The notes under the pieces: model-generated | What the model was told of the DNA's origin: nothing | Seen by the model: only the letters and a program-made list of their open reading frames with translations | Databases searched by the model: none | Program-made: the position numbers and the translations under genes | In this document: one piece after another, positions 32,849 to 40,445 of the stretch | Layout of the letters: each line of letters begins with the position of its first letter | Numbering within the stretch: the stretch's first letter is position 1 | DNA from: a bacterium | GTDB lineage: Bacteria; JADJOY01 | DNA: 64,000 nucleotides | Assembly: GCA_046331705.1 (NCBI GenBank) | Contig: JAXLQJ010000001.1 | Coordinates: forward strand, 310,001-374,000 | Reading direction: 5' to 3'

Positions 32849-34225
32849 TCACGCCTGCGCGGGCGGCGGCGGGATCACCAGCGAGCCCGGCTCGGCGGTC
32901 TCCAAGATGAGCTGCATCGCGTACGGCGCGCCCACGATCAGCGGATCGAGCGTGTAGTCGAGGGTCATGCAGAGGCCGAGGAGCAGCAGCATCGTGCGCT
33001 CGATGTAGAAGTAGCCCTCGGGATACTGGAAGGCGCGCGCCAGATCCGTGAACGAGACGTCGAGCTGCTTCAAGTCGGCGAAGTCGCGGATCACGTCCGG
33101 GCTCATCTTCGCGAGATCCTCGGGCCGGTAGCGCAGGATCTTCTCGAAGTAGTGCTTGACCGAGCGCTCGAACACCGCGCGATCGCCGGTCAGCGACTTG
33201 AAGCCCATCACCTCCACACCGTTGAGCACGAGCTGGTCGTTTCGCGAGATGTAGCCCAGGAACACCAGCCGCATCCCCTTCATCAGCTCCTCGCGGATCG
33301 GCTCCACCGCGCCGAAGTCGAGGACCACGATCTTCGGGCCCGGCTGCACCAGGAAGTTCCCGGGATGCGGGTCGGCGTGGAAGAGCCGGTCCTTGAGCAC
33401 CTGCTTGAAGAAGATGTGCGCGAGCTTCTTCACCACCGCCTGCGGATCGATGCCGGCGTCGATGAGAGCCTTGCGGTTGCCGATCTTGCAACCTTCCATG
33501 AACGTCATCGCGAGCACGCGCCCGCTGGTGTACTCGGGCACCACCTCGGGGCAGAGCACGTCCGGATCGTCGGCGAAGTTCGCCGCGAACGTGGCCATGT
33601 TGCGCGCTTCCGAGCGGTAATCGAGCTCGCGGCGCACCACGTCCACGATCTGCTCGCGAATGCGGTGGTAGTGGAAGTCGGGGAAGAACCAATCGAGGAT
33701 GCGCGTCACCCGCGCCAGGACCGCGAGGTCCATCTCCACGATCTTCTCGATGTCCGGGTACTGCACCTTGATGGCGAGCACGCGCCCGTCGGGATCGGTG
33801 GCGCGGTGCACCTGCCCCAGCGACGCCGACGCCAGCGGCACCGGGTTGAGCGCAAGCCCCATCTCTTGCGGCGTCTTCCCGAACTCCTCGCGGAAGCGCC
33901 GCTCGATGTCCTTGTACGGGTGCGGCGGCACCGCGTCCTGCAGGCCCACCAGCTTCTCGCTGAAGACCGGCGGCAGCACCTGGCTCATCACGCTCAGCAC
34001 CTGGCCGAGCTTGATGTAGACCGCCTTGAGCTCGAGGATGCCGTCGAGGACGCGCTGCGCGTTCCGCTCGTGGGTGCGGTCGATGCGCGCGCGAATGCGA
34101 TCCGCGCCGAAGAGCTTGTAGAGCGTGTAGAGCCCGATGTAGCTCGCCAGCACCTTCGCCACGAGCCAGTTGGCGCGGACGTAGCGCAGCGCGTTTCGAA
34201 TCTCGCTCGCGAGCGCCTCGCGCAT
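32849..34225 (-). CDS. ABC1/UbiB (AarF) atypical kinase
   Basis: YIKLGQ, LQDAVPP, ASASLGQVHRA, IKVQYP, ELDY..EA, FHADPHPGN, LDFG. Confidence 0.93.
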   Translation of the reverse strand: MREALASEIRNALRYVRANWLVAKVLASYIGLYTLYKLFGADRIRARIDRTHERNAQRVLDGILELKAVYIKLGQVLSVMSQVLPPVFSEKLVGLQDAVPPHPYKDIERRFREEFGKTPQEMGLALNPVPLASASLGQVHRATDPDGRVLAIKVQYPDIEKIVEMDLAVLARVTRILDWFFPDFHYHRIREQIVDVVRRELDYRSEARNMATFAANFADDPDVLCPEVVPEYTSGRVLAMTFMEGCKIGNRKALIDAGIDPQAVVKKLAHIFFKQVLKDRLFHADPHPGNFLVQPGPKIVVLDFGAVEPIREELMKGMRLVFLGYISRNDQLVLNGVEVMGFKSLTGDRAVFERSVKHYFEKILRYRPEDLAKMSPDVIRDFADLKQLDVSFTDLARAFQYPEGYFYIERTMLLLLGLCMTLDYTLDPLIVGAPYAMQLILETAEPGSLVIPPPPAQA

Positions 34226-34378
34226 GAAATCGCCCCTTCACCCCTCGCCGCTGGGATAGCACATCCCCCCACCCGCGCTGGCGCCTCGGCCCGGACGGTC
34301 GCACCACGACGTCGCACGCGGTCGTGGTCTGGCGGCCCACCGGTCCCTCGGTGGGCCCGGTCGCCGCGCGCGTCGGCG

Positions 34379-35004
34379 TCAGCGCGCGAGCGCGTCGCCG
34401 CGGCGCGCGCGCCGAGGCGGGACGATCGATCGCGTCGATCTCCGCCCACAGCGCGTCGAGATCCACCGCCAGCCCCTTGCAGCCGGGCACGTTCCTGAAT
34501 CCGACCCGCCGCCGCGCTCAGCGAGCGGGTACCGCCGATCCCGCGCGAGCTCGTAGATCTCGAGCGTCCGCACCGCGGGATCGAGGAGCCAGTAGAAGGG
34601 CACGCCGAACGCGGCGTAGTCGTCGAGCTTCTCGATGCGACCGCCGGATGTCGCGCGTCGAGGCGACGCGACTTCCACCACGATCGTCGGGGGAACGTCG
34701 ATGAGACTGGCGCTCGCTGCCGGTCTGGCAACCCCCGGGAGATAAACGCCGAGGTCCTGCTTCGACGCGCGCGCGGCACCGCGAGCTTCGTTTCGGAGCC
34801 CAGCACCAATCCGCCGCGACGAGCGAGCCAGGCGCGCAAGAGCGCACCGAGCCAGAGCGACCAGTTCGTGCGTGACGGTGGGCCTCCTCTTCCTCCGAGC
34901 CGCCCATCGACCAGCGCTGCCCGGCTCGTCCTCCGGGGGGTCGCCCCATGCGCGAAGCGTCAGTACTGCTCGTCCGTCGCGCGGGCCGCGCTGCGAAGTC
35001 CCAT
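34379..35004 (-). pseudogene. Uma2 (DUF820) PD-(D/E)xK-like endonuclease, multiply frameshifted
   Basis: Fragments PEDEPG, GGLVLGSETKL, PTIVVEVASP, RIEKLDDYAAFGVPFYWLLDP..RTLEIYEL and VDLDALW fall in different frames. Confidence 0.8.
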
Positions 35005-35067
35005 GCCGCGAGAATACCACCCGCATCGCGCACCGCGACACGAGCCGACGCGTCCGAAAAACAGCGA

Positions 35068-35090
35068 AGGCGGGCGCCCAGCGCGCGCCT
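35068..35090 (-). terminator. GC-rich hairpin after the KAP/FGE gene, followed by a short T-run
   Basis: Minus strand AGGCGCGCGC-tgg-GCGCCCGCCT (one mismatch), then TCGCTGTTTTT. Confidence 0.4.
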
Positions 35091-37347
35091 CAAGAGCCAG
35101 TCCCGTTTGTCCTCCCGGCGCGACGCGAACGCAACGAAAACCGAGGTTGACGTAGGCGTAGTCGGATCGAGGTTGAGGCCGAAAGCGGCGCGAAGGCTCC
35201 AGGGATTGAAGTTGTCGAAAGAGCCGCCCCGCACCACGCGGATTGCCCTTCTGGCGGTCCGGTTGGGTCGGTCACCTCGTCGGACGAGTACTCACCGTAC
35301 CAATCCGCACACCACTCCCAGACGTTGCCGGCCAGGTCGTGAACCCCCTCCGGCGTCTTGCCTGCGGGATAAGTGTCGACGGGAGTCGTGTCGCCCACGT
35401 TCATCCCAAAGTTCGCCCGCGTCTTGTCAGGCTTTTCGTCGCCCCACGGGTACTTCCTGCCGTTGGAGCCGCGCGCAACGAATTCCCATTGGGCTTCCGT
35501 TGGAAGCGAGACGGCTCGTCCGGGCTTTTCGGAGACCCAACGGCAAAGGCGTCGCGTCCTCCCAGGTCACGTTGACCACGGATGGTCTTCCTTCCTGGGC
35601 GGAATGGCGCCGTTCGCCCAGTGCGCCGGAGGTCGTGCTTCGCTGCCAGTCACGAACGCGGCGTACTGGCGGTTCGTCACGGTACTTGGCGCACTCGAAC
35701 GGGCTCAAGTGCACGGTGTGCACGGGTCGCTCGTGCTCCCGGCATCCTCGTCGTTGCTGCCCATTCGGAACGTGCCGCCGGGAACCGGCACCCACTGGAA
35801 GCCGAGATCGTTCGGCACGCTCGGCGCTTCCCGCGTGGGCGCTCGGGACTTCGAGATCGGCCCGAGCAGCGACTCGAAAGGAGATGGTGGGGGACCTTCC
35901 CGTACTTCTGCGGCCGCGACCGATGCCGCGAGCGGAGGCTTCGCCTCGCGGCGTGGCGGGGAGCCGAAGCGATCAGGTAGTGAAGGCCCACCCCGCTCAC
36001 GGTCTCGAAGATCGGAAGCTCATCCTGCAGCTTGTCGAACACACCGACATCATCAGCGCTAGCCTCACCACGCCCGGCATCCCGCGACGCTTGTTGCTTT
36101 GCCTCACGCCACGCGCGCGCCCTTCCGAGGAACTTGGTGAGGTTGCCAGGGTTCCCTGTGTGTTCGGTGCGGCGCAGATCGGTCTCCAGCGCTTCGAGGA
36201 GCAGGTGCCAGGTGACGACGGCTTCGGGTGAAACGTGCTCGTCATCCTCACCCAGGTATCCCGCATTCCTGGAGCAGCGCCAGCCGAATCGAAAGGTCGT
36301 TGAGGAAGCGCTTCACGTGGCGCGGGTGCCGGCTTTCGAGCACCCGCGAGATGGCCGCGGTCACGTTCTCGGTGAAGAGCGCCGCGTGCGGGCTTTGCGG
36401 CAAGAGCTTGCGCAGATATTCGATCGCACCTTCCGGGGTCACGTCCGGGAGATCGAATGAGACCTGGATCAGCTTCCAGAAACTTCGGCGGGTACTTGGT
36501 CTCGGCCTGGGCCAGGACGGCGAGCAAGCGTTCCCAGTCGAGGCCGAGGTAGAAGCAGACGCCCGGCGTGTCGAGGAAGAGGTTGATCGCTTCCAGCACC
36601 TCGAGCACGCGATCGGGGCGGCAGCGGTCGAGGTCGTCCAGGAAGACGGCGAGCGTTTCTCGCCGCGCGTCAATCTGGCTACCGAAGTTGTCGCCGAGCG
36701 CTGCCCAGCCGTGGAACCGGACGTACAGGAGCTGGCCGAAGAGCGGCTCGAACGTGTCGAAGAACGCGCGCTTCGCCTCGACCCCTGCGTACCTGCTCGG
36801 CAAGCCGTCCTCGAAGAAGAACGGGAACGCCTTCTCAGGAAGAGGCCGGCCGCCCATTCCTTGTGCGCGTCGATGAAGCGGGCCGCCTGCGTGAGCAGCT
36901 CGTCGGTGCGCATCCGGTCGAGGAGCGCTCCTGGCAGGCCCGCGAGGACGGTGTCTTCCTCCGGGCACTTCCAGGCGTTGAACCAGAGTGTCTTGACGAT
37001 CGCGGTGCATCCGCATCCGCAGGCGACAACGCCCCTACGTTGGGTTGGGCCCATAGACGGAAACGATCCCACCGCCGTCGTAGCCAATGGCGGGAACCCG
37101 CTGGCAGGGCGCCACCGCTTGCTTCCAGCATCGTCTGCGTGCGGTGCAGGAGCGTGGCCTTGCCACGCCCCAGCCACCGCGGACCACCACGGTGAATGGT
37201 GTGCGATCTCGGATTGAGGGCCAACTCGGCGAGCGTTCGCGCCAGGCCGTCGAACTCGAACGCGACCTCGTCGCCCTCCGCGTAGCGATCGGCGAAGACG
37301 TGCGCCATCCCGCCGGGGGGCGGCCACGTTGGATCCCGTTCCGTCAT
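35090..37347 (-). pseudogene. KAP-family P-loop NTPase fused to a C-terminal FGE-sulfatase (CLec-fold) domain; many frameshifts
   Basis: KAP pieces: GGWG/RGKATLL (Walker A split by an indel), LWFNAWK, VFLDDLDRC, KLIQVSFDLP, PRHVKRFLN. FGE pieces: VPGGTFRMGS, ERPVHTV, PVVNVTWEDA, PTEAQWE, YPWG, DLAGNVWEWCADWY, RGGSF, GFRC. Fusion versus two adjacent genes cannot be proven. Confidence 0.75.
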
Positions 37348-37598
37348 GGCGCCATCCCTAGCGCGATGCCGCTCGGCCTCGTGAGCCCCATTCGCCGCTT
37401 GCTCAATCTTCCGGGGAATAGTTTGGTGCTACTGAGTAGAACAACCCGCCACGGGAATCAAACGCTTGCGATTCCGAACGGGCGCTTCCGGGACCGAGTC
37501 GTTGGGCTCGCTGGGCCACGGTCCCGAGCGACGTCGGCGCGTGATAGCTCTATCGCCGAGCCGCGCGCGATGGTCAGCGTCGCCGTATGCTTGCGGCG

Positions 37599-38792
37599 AT
37601 GCCGACCCGACTCGAAGCCAGCGCCCTGCGGCGCCGCGCGCGTGGTCTCGCGATCCTGGTGGTGCTCGCGGCTGCGGTGGACCTCGGCGGCGCGGCGCTC
37701 GCCGAGCGGCGCCATCCCTCGACGCTGGAGCCGGGTAGCCCGGCGTCGACGTACCGCATGCGCTCGCCGCTCTATCATCACGACTTGCGGCCGAACGTGT
37801 GCGCCACCGAGGCCTGGAACACGCGCCGGGTGCCGATCTGCACCAACAGCCTCGGGTTTCGCGACCGCGCGCCGCGCGAGATTCCGCTGCGGGCGCGCGG
37901 CCGGCGCGTGCTGTTGCTCGGCGACTCGGTCACGGAAGGGCTGGGTGTTGCGTATGCCGACACCTTCGCGGGGCTCTTGGACGCGCGCCTCGCACGCCAC
38001 GGCGTCGAGGTGCTGAACGGGGCGGCGGTGTCGTATTCGCCGTCGATCTACGAGCGCAAGACGCGCTACCTGGTCGAGGAGCGCGGGCTCGCGCTCGACG
38101 AGGTCGTGGTGTTCCTCGACATCTCCGACATCGAGGACGAAGCGCTCTATTACGCGACGGACGAGCACGGGAACGTCGTCGACGCACCCGAGGCACCGCC
38201 GAACGCCGCGATGCGCAGCAATTGGGGCGCCTCCGCGGCGGTGCCCCTGCGGCCCTGGTGGTCGTGGTCGCTCACGACCCGCGGGCTCCACGCGCTCAAG
38301 GACGCCGTCTATGGATCGGGGGATTGGCGCCCCGCGATCGTCGGCGGGTCGAAGCCTGCTCTGGATGCGCTCGCCACGAGCCCGCGCGCGAGCTGGACGT
38401 TCGACGACGAGACGTACGAGCGATTCGGGCGCGCCGGGCTCGAGCGATGTCGTGCGGCGCTCGGCCGGCTGCGCGAGCTGCTGGAGCGGCGCGGGGCGCG
38501 GCTCACCCTCGTCGTGTATCCGTGGCCGGCGCAGATCCTCGCTCATGACCGCGACTCGCGACAGGTGCGCTACTGGCGGGGCTGGGCGGCGGAGCACGGC
38601 GTCGCGTTCGTGGATCTCTTCCCGCTCCTGCTCACCGATGGCGATCCCTGGGAGGTGATCCGCGTCCACTACCTCCCGTTCGACGTCCATCTGAGCGAGC
38701 TGGGGCATCGGCGGGTGGCGCAAGCGGTGTCGGAGGTGCTCGAAGCCCATGCGCGGGACGCAGCGCCTCGGGTCGGCGAGCCGCCGCGGTGA
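37599..38792 (+). CDS. SGNH/GDSL hydrolase-family protein with N-terminal TM/signal
   Basis: TNSLGFRD, LLGDSVTEG, NGAAVSYSP, FDVHLSELGH. Confidence 0.85.
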   Translation: MPTRLEASALRRRARGLAILVVLAAAVDLGGAALAERRHPSTLEPGSPASTYRMRSPLYHHDLRPNVCATEAWNTRRVPICTNSLGFRDRAPREIPLRARGRRVLLLGDSVTEGLGVAYADTFAGLLDARLARHGVEVLNGAAVSYSPSIYERKTRYLVEERGLALDEVVVFLDISDIEDEALYYATDEHGNVVDAPEAPPNAAMRSNWGASAAVPLRPWWSWSLTTRGLHALKDAVYGSGDWRPAIVGGSKPALDALATSPRASWTFDDETYERFGRAGLERCRAALGRLRELLERRGARLTLVVYPWPAQILAHDRDSRQVRYWRGWAAEHGVAFVDLFPLLLTDGDPWEVIRVHYLPFDVHLSELGHRRVAQAVSEVLEAHARDAAPRVGEPPR

Positions 38793-40387
38793 ACCGCTCG
38801 GTCGAGCGCATTCTCGTCACGCTCGCCGCGAGCGCCGTCGTGGCTGGGCTGGTGCTGCGCCTCCACGGTCTCGATCGCAAGGTGTGGTGGCCGGACGAGA
38901 TCGCCACCTGGAGCGAGCTCGCCGGGTGTACGGAGCGCGACCTCTGGACCTTCCACGACGGCCGCCCGCACACCGTCGCCGAGCGCATGCGTTGTCAGCG
39001 GAGCCACGCGGCGGTGAACGCGCTCGACGTCGCACGTGCGCTCGTCGATCAAGAGCCTCAGAATCAGCCGCTCTACTACGTGACCGCGCACGCCGCGTTG
39101 CGCGCGCTCGACGGTTGGCCGTGGGCGCCGCGGCTGGTGTCCGCCATCGCCAGCAGCCTCGCGTTGGCGGTGGCGTTCTTCCTCGGCGCCGAGCTCTTCG
39201 GCTCGTGGCGCGCGGGCGCGATCACCGCGGCGCTGGTGGCGGTCTCGCCGTTGCACGTGCGCTTCGCTCAGGAAGCACGGGTGTACTCGTGCTGGTCGCT
39301 CTTCACCGCGGCGAGCGGCTGGCTCCTCGTGCGCGCCTATCGACGCGACCGGCGCCGCGAGTGGTGGCTCTACGCCGCGGCGCAGGCGCTCGCCTGCCAG
39401 TCGCAGCTCCTCTCGATCCCGGTGGCGCTGGGTCAGCTGGCGTGGGGAAAGATCGTGAGCGCCACGCCGGGTGAGAACCTCGATCCACGCTGCTGGCGGC
39501 GCCACGTGGTGGCGGTCGCCGCGGCGCTCGCCACGCTGCTGCCGTGGAGCATCGGGGTGGCGCTGCACCGGGACGTCGCGGTGCGGACGCTCGACTGGAC
39601 CGCCGAGCCGATGCCGCTCGCGAACCTGGTGCGGCGTTGGTTGGGCATCGTGACGACGATCTTTGTCCGCACCGGCGCCGACGGAGGCTTGCTGGGAGCG
39701 GGAACCGACCTCGCCACGGAGACCGCGCGGCTCGTCCTCGGGCTCGCGATCTGCGTACCGGTCGCGCTGGCGTTCGCCCGGCTCGTGCGCGCACGGCCGC
39801 TTCGCGAGTGGGGATTCGTGGTGGCGCTGGGGGCGCCGGCGTTCCTGGCGCTGGCGATCCCCGATGTCCTGGTGGGCGGCCGGCGCTCGAGCATGGCGCG
39901 CTACCTGCTGCCGGCGTGGTGGGCCGTCGAGCTGGTGGTGGCGTGGGCGTTCGCAAGGGCGTTGCAGCCGCGCGCGCACTCGAGCGGGGTGCCGCGCGCC
40001 GCGCTCGCGAGCTTCGCGACGCTGATCGCGGCTGGAACGTGGGTCTGCGTGCGCGGCGCCGCGCTCGACGTGTGGTGGGACACCAACCCGGAAGTGCTGC
40101 ACGCGCTGGCCGCCGAGGCCGCGCCGGAGCGCTCGCTCGCTGTCGACGGAGTCGCGGCGCTCCCCGAAAGGCCCGGCTACGTGCTGCGCGACGTGCCGCC
40201 CTACCAGGTGCTCGCCTTCGCGCGCATGCTCGATCCCACGACCGTGCTGGTGGTCGACGGCCCGCCGCGCGCCATCCCGCCGGACTGTGTCGCTCTCTCG
40301 CTCTTCCTCGTGGATCTTCGCGCGCCCTCCACGCAGACGTATCGCTGCCCCGCGGGTGCGATCGAGGGAAGCGAGCGCGCGGGCTGA
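38789..40387 (+). CDS. GT39/PMT-like membrane glycosyltransferase
   Basis: WWPDE, EPQNQPLYY, SPLHVRFAQEARVYS, RYLLP; multiple TM segments; GTGA overlap with the upstream gene. Confidence 0.8.
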   Translation: MNRSVERILVTLAASAVVAGLVLRLHGLDRKVWWPDEIATWSELAGCTERDLWTFHDGRPHTVAERMRCQRSHAAVNALDVARALVDQEPQNQPLYYVTAHAALRALDGWPWAPRLVSAIASSLALAVAFFLGAELFGSWRAGAITAALVAVSPLHVRFAQEARVYSCWSLFTAASGWLLVRAYRRDRRREWWLYAAAQALACQSQLLSIPVALGQLAWGKIVSATPGENLDPRCWRRHVVAVAAALATLLPWSIGVALHRDVAVRTLDWTAEPMPLANLVRRWLGIVTTIFVRTGADGGLLGAGTDLATETARLVLGLAICVPVALAFARLVRARPLREWGFVVALGAPAFLALAIPDVLVGGRRSSMARYLLPAWWAVELVVAWAFARALQPRAHSSGVPRAALASFATLIAAGTWVCVRGAALDVWWDTNPEVLHALAAEAAPERSLAVDGVAALPERPGYVLRDVPPYQVLAFARMLDPTTVLVVDGPPRAIPPDCVALSLFLVDLRAPSTQTYRCPAGAIEGSERAG

Positions 40388-40445
40388 GGTTCCGGAGGCG
40401 CGCGTCACGCGCCCGAAGGCGTGCGGTCCGAGGCGCTGCGCCTCG

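Noticed and set aside
35090-35800. FGE domain as the activating enzyme for the sulfatase at 62304
   Set aside because: The domain lacks the catalytic cysteines after RGGSF, and the sulfatase-like protein lacks the (C/S)xPxR target motif.
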